Assembly (NCBI GenBank): GCA_002331145.1
Contig: DCYT01000001.1
Location: 154,002-218,001, forward strand
Reading direction: 5' to 3'
Length of the DNA: 64,000 nt
Source of the DNA: Candidatus Minusculum obligatum
GTDB taxonomy: Bacteria > Patescibacteriota > Minisyncoccia > Phycocordibacterales > Phycocordibacteraceae
Positions within the stretch are counted from its first letter, which is position 1; each line of letters begins with the position of its first letter. This document shows, piece by piece, positions 1 through 9,859 of the stretch. The notes beneath the pieces were generated by a model. The model saw nothing but the letters and a program-made list of their open reading frames with translations. It searched no databases and was not told the DNA's origin. The position numbers and the translations under genes are program-made.

Positions 1-1
1 C

Positions 2-178
2 GCCAAGGGCATCCATCGCGCGAACTACACGAAGTCCAATGGTCGTGGCTTAGCCGCGAGCATTAAGCCAGAAGACGATTGGGTCCTACGTTCCGTCGAG
101 CCAATTGTTTCCGAAGAACTCTGGGATCGGTGCAACGCGAATAGACCAGAATTCAGCCCAAAAGGTGTCAGCGCGGGC
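2..178 (+). pseudogene. Internal fragment of a large serine recombinase (recombinase-domain region). It is truncated by the window edge at the 5' side and loses homology before gspG.
   Basis: Frame-2 translation [46 protein letters not shown] aligns to residues of the intact 642-aa recombinase at 23463-25391 (AKGLRRCNYTTADQRGGKVSIKPEDEWEWHPCEAIVAPELWERCNA). No catalytic N-terminus is present here. Confidence 0.6.
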
Positions 179-236
179 TTGCAAGACGCAACATTACCCG
201 CAAGATGCGCATCTCTGTTAGAGCGAGTCATTAAGA

Positions 237-719
237 GTGGGTACGCGCGTGAAAAATGTCCGACACCGGCGCCGCGTCGAGCACAATGCAGATGCTGGTT
301 TCACCCTGACCGAAATGCTCGTCGTTCTGGTCATCCTCGCCCTGCTCGTCGCCATTATCGCCCCGAATGTCATCGGGCGCCTCGGCGGTGCACGCAGCCA
401 AAGCGCAAGCGTCCAGATGGAAAATCTGGCGGGCTCGTTGGAACTCTACATGATCGATGTCGGCCGCTATCCGACAAGCGATATCGGTCTTACGGCACTA
501 GTCGAGGCTCCCGATGGCGTAAACGGATGGACGGGCCCCTATCTACGCCGGGGCGGCGTGCCCAATGATCCTTGGGGCAATCCTTACATTTATCTTTCGC
601 GCACGCCGGACCATTTTCTGCTGCAAAGCCTTGGCCGTGACGGTGCAGAGGGTGGAACCGGCGAAGACGCCGATATCCTAACCTCGACCGATTTGGCGGA
701 CACTCCTCAAGCGAACTAG
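237..719 (+). CDS. gspG: Type II secretion major pseudopilin GspG. The start codon is uncertain and may be the GTG at 249.
   Basis: Prepilin N-terminus G|[22 protein letters not shown] (class III signal with Glu+5). It also carries the GspG-typical DPWGNPY motif near the C-terminal half. Confidence 0.85.
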   Translation: MGTRVKNVRHRRRVEHNADAGFTLTEMLVVLVILALLVAIIAPNVIGRLGGARSQSASVQMENLAGSLELYMIDVGRYPTSDIGLTALVEAPDGVNGWTGPYLRRGGVPNDPWGNPYIYLSRTPDHFLLQSLGRDGAEGGTGEDADILTSTDLADTPQAN

Positions 720-760
720 CAAGCCGTGGGTCTTACACGCCCGCTAACGGGTCGGCAAAT

Positions 761-1225
761 TCAGCGCGGCCCTTCGAAAAGCCGAAGAACTAAAGACTGA
801 TCCTCGGCATTTTGAATTTCCACTTCACTCGTATCAATGCGCACAACCTGCCACTCGGAGATCCAATCTCCTTCCCGCATTAGCTGGGCAAGGCTCTGAT
901 CCGCACGGAGCCAAACAAGCGGCCCGGTCTTGTCGATGGCAATTCCCATCAGGCGCGGGGGTATTGCGTCAGACTGTAGCCCAGCGGGCTCGACCACCTG
1001 TACGGGCACTGCCTCAAGACCAAGCAGTCGAGCAAAAAATTCCGGCGATGAAAATCGAACTGGCGCAAGCTCATCATGCGGACTATCCGCCGAAGCGGCC
1101 CCCGCGGGCGCCTGGCCCTGCTGAGGCACTTCAACCGGCAAGGCCCAAAGAGCGATGGCGGACGAAAGCAGCAACCCACCTAGTACAAAAAGCAAACGCG
1201 CTACCATCATCTGTCCAGCTCCCAA
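761..1225 (-). CDS. Small T2SS-associated membrane protein (GspC/GspN-like). The function call is tentative.
   Basis: 154-aa ORF with one N-terminal transmembrane helix and a periplasmic tail. It is last in the gsp operon after gspM, and no domain signature was recognised. Confidence 0.4.
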   Translation of the reverse strand: MGAGQMMVARLLFVLGGLLLSSAIALWALPVEVPQQGQAPAGAASADSPHDELAPVRFSSPEFFARLLGLEAVPVQVVEPAGLQSDAIPPRLMGIAIDKTGPLVWLRADQSLAQLMREGDWISEWQVVRIDTSEVEIQNAEDQSLVLRLFEGPR

Positions 1226-1722
1226 GCCTGAACAAGTTGAGCTGAAAGCTCGACGGCCTCAACGCCCGCCTCGTCCACACCATGAACATCCAACTCGTGA
1301 ACAATCGCATATGGTAACGCTTCAACTAGACGCTCAAAGCTGGCCCGCATGTCAGCCTCGCGGCCACGCCAAAGGATATGAGCGGTTACAATATCGCTCT
1401 CTTCATCGGCTTGAACCAAAACCGACAAGAGCACACCGGCCGAAAAGCCTGCACGAAGTTGGCCTTCAAGATCACGCGCTGCAATCGCCGCGTCCGGAGC
1501 AATAAGAGTGCGGCCCTGCCAGGCACCGCGCAGCTCGTTGTTTCGTGCGGCCGCACGCGCAAGACGGATGTCGAGCTGGCTTTGTGTGGATTCAAGCTCG
1601 GCCAGTAGACCTCGGGTCGCCAATATCGATCCGATATTCGACCCGACTTGCAGAAACACGAAGCTCACCAACAAGCCCGCAACAAGCCATACCGCTGCGC
1701 GGCGCAGGAAAACAATGCTCAT
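1207..1722 (-). CDS. gspM: Type II secretion protein GspM.
   Basis: About 170-aa bitopic protein with a single transmembrane helix near the N-terminus. It lies immediately downstream of the gspL-like gene, and its size and position match GspM. Confidence 0.6.
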   Translation of the reverse strand: MSIVFLRRAAVWLVAGLLVSFVFLQVGSNIGSILATRGLLAELESTQSQLDIRLARAAARNNELRGAWQGRTLIAPDAAIAARDLEGQLRAGFSAGVLLSVLVQADEESDIVTAHILWRGREADMRASFERLVEALPYAIVHELDVHGVDEAGVEAVELSAQLVQAWELDR

Positions 1723-2645
1723 GGGACACTCTCCGCGAGCGTGACATTTAGCTCTACGCGCGAATATCCGTTGAACGATCCGACGCTTTGAGCGGTAGCA
1801 CTTTCGATCAGGTCAGTTTGCGCTAAAGCCTGAGCGAATTCCTGAGCGCCAGCGACGTCGTCAGCTAAGAGTTCGAACCGGGCTGTCACATGACGCCCGG
1901 CGATCTGGATATTCAACCCGGCCCAGCTCTGCGGTTTATGGGCTGCAAGCGTATTGAGAACGTCCACAGTTGCCCGGCTTTTGATTCCGCTCGGAGTTTG
2001 ACGGCCATTTAGATCTTCAACCTGCCGCGTCGCATCCCTAAGGCTTTGCCGAGTGATACGCTGGTGAACTTGTGCGGATGCAAGACTGCGGTCGAACCGA
2101 TCGCTCCACGCACTGGATGCCGTCACCAAGGCCAGCGCAAAAAACGCAAGACTTGTGCCCGTGAGTAGGAATCGACGCCTGACGCGATCGCGCTCCACTT
2201 CGCCGCGAAGGATGATGGCCTCGCCGCCTTGCCCTCGCGCTTCAAAAGCATCGATCGCGACACCGGCGCTCTTCGCATCATCCCTTAGTCTGGCCAAATC
2301 CTCGTTGCTGACCGCAACGGCATGCCAAGAACCATCGTCCTGCTTCTGCTCTACAGCATAGGTGATGGCATCAAGCGGTAAGGGAGATAGACGTTCGGCC
2401 TGCAGCGAAAAACCGCGCACTGCCTCATGGTAGTCGTCGGTTGAAATTGGAAGACGGGTGCGAAAAAGCGCATCTTCGTCAAGCCGTAGAACAACACAGC
2501 GCTCGGCCAGCCCCAGCTCGTCAATGCTGACCGTTTTGCTCGATCGATCGCGAAGTCCCGCAGGCAACCACGCCCCCGCATCGTCAATCCAGCTGATGAG
2601 TTGATCGAGCCATACTGCCAACACAGAGCGCCAATCCTGCTTCAT
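1719..2645 (-). CDS. gspL: Type II secretion protein GspL.
   Basis: 308-aa protein with a cytoplasmic actin-like N-domain, a central transmembrane segment (LLTGTSLAFFALALVTASSAW) and a periplasmic C-domain. Its stop overlaps the gspM start. Confidence 0.6.
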   Translation of the reverse strand: MKQDWRSVLAVWLDQLISWIDDAGAWLPAGLRDRSSKTVSIDELGLAERCVVLRLDEDALFRTRLPISTDDYHEAVRGFSLQAERLSPLPLDAITYAVEQKQDDGSWHAVAVSNEDLARLRDDAKSAGVAIDAFEARGQGGEAIILRGEVERDRVRRRFLLTGTSLAFFALALVTASSAWSDRFDRSLASAQVHQRITRQSLRDATRQVEDLNGRQTPSGIKSRATVDVLNTLAAHKPQSWAGLNIQIAGRHVTARFELLADDVAGAQEFAQALAQTDLIESATAQSVGSFNGYSRVELNVTLAESVP

Positions 2646-3226
2646 TGTGCGGCCTCAAAGCAGCGGCGGCCGATAGCGTCATAGCGACAATTGCGTTGAG
2701 CTGTAACCCGCTGCCCGCTCAACGCAACGATCTCGGTCCCGCCTCGCACGCTCTGTGACAGGATAAGCGTCGAACCATTTGGCGAAAGATCCTCCATTTG
2801 CAGAACATATCCCTGCCCCTCAAGCAGCAGCACGATTTCACTATCGTCGGCAGATTGCCAAACGAGTTCCGTATGCTCATCGCGTTCACTTAAATTCAGC
2901 GACTGATCCTGAGCGTTGTTGGCCCTGAGCGTCTCTGGATCTAGCGGCCCCGTTTGGGCCGTCTCTCGGGTAACACGATCAAGGAAATGCTGTATTTGCG
3001 CCGTGCCATTTCGGGCGGCACGATCCTCGCGCGTGCGGTTATAGCGATCAGTCAGACCGATCAGGCTATGCGTTGCGATCGCCGCTATGACAGCGAAGAT
3101 TGCCAAAGTCACAAGCATTTCCATCAGGGTAAAGCCGTCATCGGCACGACGTCCGTACGATCGAGAACAATCCGTCTTTCCTGGCCCTGCCAGAACCAAA
3201 CTATCTCTGCGGTGATATCGACCCAT
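2642..3226 (-). CDS. Minor pseudopilin (GspH/GspJ-like). The ORF extends to 3283, but the likely start is an internal Met.
   Basis: Prepilin motif DDG|FTLMEMLVTLAIFAVIAAIA followed by about 165 aa of mature domain. Confidence 0.7.
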   Translation of the reverse strand: MGRYHRRDSLVLAGPGKTDCSRSYGRRADDGFTLMEMLVTLAIFAVIAAIATHSLIGLTDRYNRTREDRAARNGTAQIQHFLDRVTRETAQTGPLDPETLRANNAQDQSLNLSERDEHTELVWQSADDSEIVLLLEGQGYVLQMEDLSPNGSTLILSQSVRGGTEIVALSGQRVTAQRNCRYDAIGRRCFEAAQ

Positions 3227-3516
3227 TTCACTTCCACCCCAGCTAACTGTCCCGGCCCGACCTCCTCGCGCCGCACACGCCAAACCGCTTCGATATCAAA
3301 AGGCTCCAGAGGTTCCCGCCCCTCTGCGACCATACCGAGTTCAAATCTGTGCCGTAAAACCGAAAGCGCGGCGGCTTCCTGTTTGATCTGGGTTTGGCGA
3401 GAAAGGCCATTGGTAACAGCCGAAGAGGCGCCAGCCACTGCGAGCGACAAAATGGTGACCGCAACCAGCGCTTCTATCAGACTGAAGCCCTCTTCGGATC
3501 GGCGCGCCGCCTTCAC
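3124..3516 (-). CDS. gspI: Minor pseudopilin GspI.
   Basis: MKAARRSEEG|FSLIEALVAVTILSLAVAG prepilin N-terminus on a 130-aa protein, which matches GspI size. Confidence 0.8.
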   Translation of the reverse strand: MKAARRSEEGFSLIEALVAVTILSLAVAGASSAVTNGLSRQTQIKQEAAALSVLRHRFELGMVAEGREPLEPFDIEAVWRVRREEVGPGQLAGVEVKWVDITAEIVWFWQGQERRIVLDRTDVVPMTALP

Positions 3517-4700
3517 AACGCCGCCGCATCTGGAAGCGCGGTGAGGCTCGAAAAGAGCGTAACCACCATCAAGCCGATGACAAAACCCAGCAAAATGATG
3601 ATCAGAGGACCTGCCAAAGACGCAATCCGTTCTAGCCGAGTTTCAGCGCGCTCTGCTAGCGTCAAACCGGCCTCAGCGACTAGATCGGCAAAACTACCGC
3701 CACGCATCCCAAGGCGTGAGGCTTGAACGATAAGATGTCGCTCACCAAGCGCTTCGCTAAGCGCGACATCAAGCGATCCACCTTGTCGGACCGAATGGGC
3801 CGACACCAAGAGCCGATCTTTGAGGATTGTATTCGAGGTGGCTGCGCTGGCTTCGGCCATGGCGTCACCTGCGGGTGTTCCTGCCTTGAGCAGAGCAGCG
3901 AACAGCCGGGCAAAAAGCGCGATGTCGATCGCTTCGGCCAGCCCCATCCCTAAAGGCCCTAAAGCGACCTGATCACGCCAACGCGCCATGTGGGCCCGTA
4001 AGGCGGGGATCTGACCCAACAAAATTGCAGCGAGAACCGCAATCAGCATCGCGACCAAAACACTCGGTGCCGCGTCCGAAACCGCCAGCATCCAACGCGC
4101 GCTTGCCGGCATGGCCTCGCCCAGACTTTCAAACACCGGGCGCAGACTGGGAATGACCACGAGCAAAAAAACCACCAACACACCAAGCGCCGTGATGGAG
4201 ACCACCGACGGGTAAAGCATCAGCGAGATGATTTTTTCGCGAAAGCGAGCTGTCGCCGTAAAAAGGGGAGCGGCCGCCTTGAGAGCATCTGCCAATCGCC
4301 CAGAACGCTCCCCCGCCGCCACAACAGCCGATAAAGCCCGTCCAGGCGCGCCTTCAAGGCCCGCAAAGGCCTCGCCGGGCCCCTGTCCCTGCGCAAGTCG
4401 TTTTGCGGCAAGCTCTAACGCATGGCGAGCCGCACGGCTCTCCTGAGCCTGCGACGCCAGAGCCGTCCCGGCTTCAAGAGGCACACCGGCCGCAGTCAAC
4501 CTTGCGATTTCTGAACTTAAACGCCCCGCATCCTTAAAGCTTAGCTTTGGTGTGGCATCGGCCTTGGCCTCGCTCACACGTATGGGCGAGAGTTGTTGAT
4601 GGGCCAAAAGTTCGATCACCTGCGGGGTATTCGCCGCCTCGATCTCGCCTTTGACACGCTCTCCTTTTCCGGTCCGGGCGATATAACGATATGTCGTCAT
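3513..4700 (-). CDS. gspF: Type II secretion inner-membrane platform protein GspF.
   Basis: 395-aa polytopic membrane protein with duplicated T2SS-F domains and three transmembrane segments. It sits adjacent to gspE. Confidence 0.85.
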   Translation of the reverse strand: MTTYRYIARTGKGERVKGEIEAANTPQVIELLAHQQLSPIRVSEAKADATPKLSFKDAGRLSSEIARLTAAGVPLEAGTALASQAQESRAARHALELAAKRLAQGQGPGEAFAGLEGAPGRALSAVVAAGERSGRLADALKAAAPLFTATARFREKIISLMLYPSVVSITALGVLVVFLLVVIPSLRPVFESLGEAMPASARWMLAVSDAAPSVLVAMLIAVLAAILLGQIPALRAHMARWRDQVALGPLGMGLAEAIDIALFARLFAALLKAGTPAGDAMAEASAATSNTILKDRLLVSAHSVRQGGSLDVALSEALGERHLIVQASRLGMRGGSFADLVAEAGLTLAERAETRLERIASLAGPLIIILLGFVIGLMVVTLFSSLTALPDAAAL

Positions 4701-6352
4701 GCCGCCTCCAAAGCACGCAAAACTTCATCGACCGACGTGAGACCTTGGCTGGCTTTGACAAGACCGTCGGTCAACAAGGGGGCCGCAACATGCGCACGCA
4801 TGGGGGCAAGCGATCCACGCTTGCGCACCAGTGCGGCAACCTCGTCGTCAAACACCAAGGTTTCCGAAATCACCATCCGCCCAAGGAAACCACCGCTACA
4901 GGCACTACATCCGACAGGACGGCGAAACCCTTCTCTCAAATTCGACATATTCGCCCGATCGATCAGCTCGCGTGGCGTCTCCGTCGGCTTGGAGCAATGC
5001 GGGCACAAACGCCGCACCAGCCGTTGCGCACTCGTTGCGCTTAGGGTTGCAGCCAGAAGATAGGGCTCGACCTCCATCTCAATAAGGCGGATCGGAACAC
5101 TGGCTGCGTCATTGGCGTGAATGGTTGATAGAACCAGGTGGCCTGTGAGCGCCGCCTGTACAGCAGTTTTTGCTGTGTCGGGATCCCGGATTTCACCGAC
5201 CAGAATGATATCGGGATCGTAACGCAGGAAGGCTTTGAGGGCGCTGGAAAACGTCAAATCAGCTGCCGGATCAAGCTGAGTCTGGTGGACATCCTCGAAA
5301 AAATATTCGATCGGGTCTTCCACCGTGACTATTTTACGATTTGGCGCTCGCAAGGCATTAACCGCAGCGTATAACGTGGTGGTTTTACCGCCCCCGGTTG
5401 GGCCGGAAACAAGGAACAGCCCCTGCGGTTTGGCGACAGCCGTGCGGATTTTCGTAATCTCGCTACCTCGAAACCCCAGATCCGCAAAATCAAGCTCGAC
5501 GTCGGCCCTATCGAGCAAACGGATTACCGCGCCTTCGCCATGAGCAGATGGGATAATGGAAAGACGTACATCGATCGGCCGGCCGCGCGCGCTCAATGCA
5601 GTCCTTCCATCCTGAGCCCGACGATGGTCGGCGACATCAAGGTCGCCGAGGACTTTCAGCCGGGCGATAAGACCATCGGTCATCCCGGGCGAAAGCCTCT
5701 GCCGTTCCTCCAATTGACCGTCAATGCGAAAACGAATGCGCCCGCCATCGGGCTTACGTTCGACATGAATATCCGAAGCACGCATTTCGACGGCTTCGGC
5801 AACCAGGCTTTCGACAAGACGAACAGCCGGCGCATCGAGTGACAGGTCGCGGATGCCGCCCGCGTCCTGTGTCCAGCGCGCTCCGCGCCCACGTGCCCCG
5901 CTGGATGGTGCATCGCTTTCACTACCATAAAGGCGATCAAAGGTTCGCCGCCATGCATGAAATCCGATCGTGGAACACCGGACTGCCAGGCCGGTTGCGA
6001 AACGCACCCCTGCTGCGACTTCATCATCGCTCGGATCGACCACGGCCAGATGAAGCCCCGCATCATCCTGTTTTAGGGGCAAGGCCCGGTGGGTTTTGAG
6101 AAAACCGGACTGGAGTTTAAGGTCAAGCGCTGCGTCCGGGACATCTTCCATTGAAACGATTGGAAGACCGTAGGCCGCCGCCAGCGAGGCCACTACATGA
6201 TCGTCCTGCAGCAACCCCAGCCGGCTAATAACAACCGGCAATGGCTCTCCCGTTTCCGCCTGAGCTGCCGCCGCACGGGCTGCCGCTTCTGGAGTGAGGC
6301 CGGCCGCTTCGAGGTGCTGCAACATCATCATGCGGAGACCTCTCCCGGGCAT
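4697..6352 (-). CDS. gspE: Type II secretion ATPase GspE.
   Basis: Walker A GPTGGGKTTTLYAAV, Asp/His boxes and the C-terminal tetracysteine CPHCSKP...CSACSGGF zinc motif. The N1 domain is present. Confidence 0.9.
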   Translation of the reverse strand: MPGRGLRMMMLQHLEAAGLTPEAAARAAAAQAETGEPLPVVISRLGLLQDDHVVASLAAAYGLPIVSMEDVPDAALDLKLQSGFLKTHRALPLKQDDAGLHLAVVDPSDDEVAAGVRFATGLAVRCSTIGFHAWRRTFDRLYGSESDAPSSGARGRGARWTQDAGGIRDLSLDAPAVRLVESLVAEAVEMRASDIHVERKPDGGRIRFRIDGQLEERQRLSPGMTDGLIARLKVLGDLDVADHRRAQDGRTALSARGRPIDVRLSIIPSAHGEGAVIRLLDRADVELDFADLGFRGSEITKIRTAVAKPQGLFLVSGPTGGGKTTTLYAAVNALRAPNRKIVTVEDPIEYFFEDVHQTQLDPAADLTFSSALKAFLRYDPDIILVGEIRDPDTAKTAVQAALTGHLVLSTIHANDAASVPIRLIEMEVEPYLLAATLSATSAQRLVRRLCPHCSKPTETPRELIDRANMSNLREGFRRPVGCSACSGGFLGRMVISETLVFDDEVAALVRKRGSLAPMRAHVAAPLLTDGLVKASQGLTSVDEVLRALEAA

Positions 6353-7197
6353 GCTGGATTGGCAGCGCCCAGTTTATCCCATGCCTGTATCCAGTAGGGG
6401 TCAGCCGGGTCGCCCGTAAACCGGACGAGCACGGAAACACCACGCCCAGCCAAATTGTCTTCGACCCAGCGCAGCTCCAATCCCAACAGGTCTCCGCTCC
6501 CAAAACTTACCGGTGGCGCGGCCTGTCTTGCCTCACCGCCCGGGTCCAGATTAAGCGCACCAATCAGCCAGGACGGAGCAAATCGCGCATCGGGCGTTTC
6601 TTCCCAGGTCGAAACGGTAATGTGGGACCTCAAACAGAAAACGAGTTCGTCGGTCGCCCCAAGAACAAATTTGAGCTCGTCTTCGTGCCGGAAGAAGCGA
6701 TTGCCCGGGGCGGGCAGCCCGGCGGCGGCATATTCGCGGGCCTCGGCGCCATTATTGGAGCGAAGATCGTCCGGATCACGCCAATCGATGATCGCGGCCG
6801 ACAGCGTGTCTGGCTCCGACGCCCCGGCTGCCGTCAAGAGGACCTGCAATACCGATTGCGGCGCAGCGTTTATGTCGACCCGGCCGAGCGGTGAGAAAAA
6901 CCGTGCTTCCAGCGCTCCAGTGTTCGTCTGGACGACAAAGCCCTCACCAAACTGGATCGGCTCTGTCCCTGTCGCCACAGTACGCAATGCCAAGGCGAAC
7001 CCGGACCGCAGGGCCGCATCCTGCTCGACCAAATGCTTCTCTTGGCGATGAAGATAAGCCGTATCCAGCACGATCTGGATCGTAAGAATGGCGATCGCGG
7101 CGAGTATGACGGTCAAGGCCAGCGCAGAAACGAGCACGGAACCGCGTTCACGGTCCCCGTTCCTTGTCTCAATTCGCTCTGCGCTAGCCATCGCCAA
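6328..7197 (-). CDS. gspK: Minor pseudopilin GspK.
   Basis: N-terminal RGSVLVSALALTVILAAIAIL pseudopilin-like helix that lacks Glu+5, which is typical of GspK. A region INAAPQSVLQVLL...IIDWRDPDD resembles the GspK helix-hairpin-helix / DW(I/R)D motif. Confidence 0.7.
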   Translation of the reverse strand: MAMASAERIETRNGDRERGSVLVSALALTVILAAIAILTIQIVLDTAYLHRQEKHLVEQDAALRSGFALALRTVATGTEPIQFGEGFVVQTNTGALEARFFSPLGRVDINAAPQSVLQVLLTAAGASEPDTLSAAIIDWRDPDDLRSNNGAEAREYAAAGLPAPGNRFFRHEDELKFVLGATDELVFCLRSHITVSTWEETPDARFAPSWLIGALNLDPGGEARQAAPPVSFGSGDLLGLELRWVEDNLAGRGVSVLVRFTGDPADPYWIQAWDKLGAANPACPGEVSA

Positions 7198-9166
7198 ATC
7201 CTGATTGGCGGATGCGGTTCATCCGCGTGCGCAAATCTCGTGTCGCCGCCAGGGCATCTTCGCGCGATCGCATCACCCGCGGAGACAGGAAAACCAACAA
7301 TTCGGTCCGCCGTGTCGTATCGGACGTATCGCGGAAAAGATTGCCAACGACTGGCGCGTTCTGCAGCGCCGGCAACCCTGAGCGCGAGCGCGTCTGCTGC
7401 GCACGGATCAACCCGCCCAGCACGACCGTCTCGCCATCATAGAGCGAAATCATGGATTCCAGCCGGCGTCGCTGGATCGTCGGCGAGTCGATGCCGGATG
7501 TTGTCGTTTCCGATACAGAGCTGACTTCCTGCACCACACCCAGGACGATCAAACCGTTCGGGTCGATGCGAGCCGTCACGTTGAGCGTGACACCGGTGTC
7601 GCGGAACTGGATCGAATTGACAATCGGTGCATCGGGATCGGCGACACTGACGGCACTCTGCGTGACGATAGGAACCTGATCGCCCACCTGCACGACCGCG
7701 GACTGGTTATTGCGCACGACGATCTGCGGCGCCGACACCGTCTCCACCTCCGTCAGGGACGAGATCGCGTTGAGCGCAGCGCGTACATAGTCGGACGCAT
7801 AAGTGTATGAAAAACCAGGAAAGCTCGACACCACAGAGCCGCTGGTCGTCGAGGTCGAGGTCGCCTGGCCGCCATCGCGCGTATCCAAAAACCACTGCAC
7901 GCCGTAACGCAGATCATCCGTCAGCACGACTTCGATGATAAGCGCCTCAATAAGAACCTGATCCGGCGCCCGGTCGAGCTGTTCGACGACATCCTCGACC
8001 TCGCGATGCCCCTGATCATTGGCCGAGATGAGAAGACTATTCGTGCCCTCATCGGCCCGTACGCTGATCGCGCTGTTTGAGGACACCGCAACGTCCGAGG
8101 AAAAAAGATCGGTGAGATGCTGTGCCACTGTAATCGCATCGGAATTGACCAGACCGCGCACCCGAACTTGCCGGGTTTCCTGAGGGTGCACATCCAGGCG
8201 TTCGACCCAGGCTTCAACTTGATCAAGGCGGTAATCATGCTTGGCGATTGCCACGACCGCATTGAGCCGGTTGAACGGCACGAATTCGATCTGCGAACCG
8301 ACGGGTCCGTCCGGTCCGCCTAGAATGGAGTTGAGCTCGGCCACGATCGCGTCCGGCGACGCCGCACGCAGCGGATATAGCCCGAAGGACATCTGATCGA
8401 GCCAATCGACATCGAACAGCGAGACCATTTCCAGCATGGCTTCAAGTTGAGCCGCACTTCCGGAGAGGATCAGGATCTCGCGCGGGGCATCCACCACAAC
8501 ATGACCGCCCGTCCGCCGGAAAGGTTCTAAGAGGCCGGACATATCCTGAGCCGAGGTATAATTGAGCGGCACGATCAGAACGCTTTGGCCGGGCGGTATT
8601 CCGTCGCGGACTAAACGCGGCGCGGCGACGAAATCCTGGGAGCGGCTGGAATTGGCGACGATGTAACTTCCATCCGCGCTCTGGCTCAAACCATAACCGG
8701 AAAGCTGCAAGGCACGGTCGAGCACACGCGGTATATCCTGCTGCCGAACCGGCCGGGTCGAACGCAAACTGACCCGGCCGTTCACATTGGGATCGATCAC
8801 GAAGGCCTCGCCCAACATATCGCCGAGCACCGCAGAAACGACTTCCTGGATGGGCGCATCGTCAAAGGCGAGCTGAATGCTGTCGCGCTCGATGCGGGAT
8901 TGATTGCTGCTACGCGTCAGGGGGCTATCATTCACCTCGGACCTGAAAGGTGCAACTGTCCCTGCCGCTGTTTCAGCCTCAAACAATGGTGCCGGCGCCT
9001 CGCCGGTATCGTCGCCGTTGTCAGAAGGTCGCGTCGCCTGACCAGCCGGAGCCTGCAAAAGCGGATCGGCTAGGCTGAAAACACCGTTCTCACGCAGACC
9101 ACTCGACGCGCAAGCCGAGACGGCGAGCGCGCCCGCCAAAACCATCCAAAATCCTGTTAGTCGCAT
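7184..9166 (-). CDS. gspD: Secretin GspD with an N-terminal lipobox (lipo-secretin).
   Basis: C-terminal secretin domain (VVLGGLIRAQQTRSRSGLPALQNAPVVGNLFRDTSDTTRRTELLVFLSPRVM). The signal peptide ends in ALAVSAC, a lipobox. N0-N3-like repeats are present. Confidence 0.9.
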   Translation of the reverse strand: MRLTGFWMVLAGALAVSACASSGLRENGVFSLADPLLQAPAGQATRPSDNGDDTGEAPAPLFEAETAAGTVAPFRSEVNDSPLTRSSNQSRIERDSIQLAFDDAPIQEVVSAVLGDMLGEAFVIDPNVNGRVSLRSTRPVRQQDIPRVLDRALQLSGYGLSQSADGSYIVANSSRSQDFVAAPRLVRDGIPPGQSVLIVPLNYTSAQDMSGLLEPFRRTGGHVVVDAPREILILSGSAAQLEAMLEMVSLFDVDWLDQMSFGLYPLRAASPDAIVAELNSILGGPDGPVGSQIEFVPFNRLNAVVAIAKHDYRLDQVEAWVERLDVHPQETRQVRVRGLVNSDAITVAQHLTDLFSSDVAVSSNSAISVRADEGTNSLLISANDQGHREVEDVVEQLDRAPDQVLIEALIIEVVLTDDLRYGVQWFLDTRDGGQATSTSTTSGSVVSSFPGFSYTYASDYVRAALNAISSLTEVETVSAPQIVVRNNQSAVVQVGDQVPIVTQSAVSVADPDAPIVNSIQFRDTGVTLNVTARIDPNGLIVLGVVQEVSSVSETTTSGIDSPTIQRRRLESMISLYDGETVVLGGLIRAQQTRSRSGLPALQNAPVVGNLFRDTSDTTRRTELLVFLSPRVMRSREDALAATRDLRTRMNRIRQSGFGDG

Positions 9167-9481
9167 AATGATCCCGTACGCGCTTAAGGGGAAACTCTGG
9201 CATTAGAGGGGCGTTGGAGCAAGCTTGGAGGTGGGTAATATTTCTGACCTGAGACCCATTTGGTCCCGGGCCTGTTTAAGAAAGTGCGGTCAGGTTTTAC
9301 AGGGCGATCCACAACGAGTGTTATTGGCGGAGGCGGGCTGGCCGGGTTGTAGTCGAAGCTCACCGAATCGAATGGTGCGTGTCGCCATTTATTCGTTTAT
9401 TCGCCTACGGAAAAAGGGGTCTGTCCCTACTTTTCCATTAGAACTCACACCTAGACCGGTTCACGGATGGTCGCTCGAATC

Positions 9482-9859
9482 TCACTTTCGACGCCAGAAA
9501 ATCAGGGCGCCAGCGGTGTTGATAACTGCTGCCCCGGTTAGAAGAACCCAAAATTGAAACGAAACCGCGCCCTCTGCAATACCTAGTTCGACGTAGTGAC
9601 CAAGTGATAAAGTAGAACCCAAAACAATCGCCAAAAAGCGAAGCTCCTTTGGGTTTAGGACAACCAATAGACTCCAGAAAACCAGGGCAAACACTATCCC
9701 GAGTTCCAACCGGCTGAACGCATCAATCAATACGTCTATAAAAACCTCAACAATAGCGGCAATCAGGCCGGCAACAAATATCCGAAAAGCCGCTTGTTGT
9801 AGTGCCATATTCCCCGTTTTCATTCCGCGTTCTCTATCCATACAGCACTTCAGTAGCAA
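9482..9859 (-). CDS. Small polytopic membrane protein; candidate immunity protein for the upstream RHS toxin.
   Basis: 125 aa with three or four hydrophobic helices. It lies immediately downstream of the RHS toxin gene on the same strand, a position typical for RHS immunity genes. The start is possibly an internal Met (MALQQAAF). Confidence 0.5.
   Translation of the reverse strand: MLLKCCMDRERGMKTGNMALQQAAFRIFVAGLIAAIVEVFIDVLIDAFSRLELGIVFALVFWSLLVVLNPKELRFLAIVLGSTLSLGHYVELGIAEGAVSFQFWVLLTGAAVINTAGALIFWRRK

Noticed and set aside
179-568. 129-aa Arg-rich ORF overlapping gspG in another frame
   Set aside because: It continues the frame of the recombinase fragment and then runs across gspG with an implausible Arg/Pro-rich composition. 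This is typical of a spurious high-GC alternative frame. gspG has clear family motifs.
930-1505. Several overlapping plus- and minus-strand ORFs (930-1124, 949-1179, 964-1245, 1155-1505, 1378-1608) inside the gspM / small gsp gene region
   Set aside because: They are antisense or out-of-frame shadows of coding DNA in GC-rich sequence. They have no motifs, and the real genes are on the minus strand with operon-consistent overlaps.
9225-9557. 110-aa plus-strand ORF in the gspD / immunity intergenic region
   Set aside because: No RBS or motifs. It overlaps the RHS remnant and the 3' end of the minus-strand immunity candidate, so it is likely spurious.
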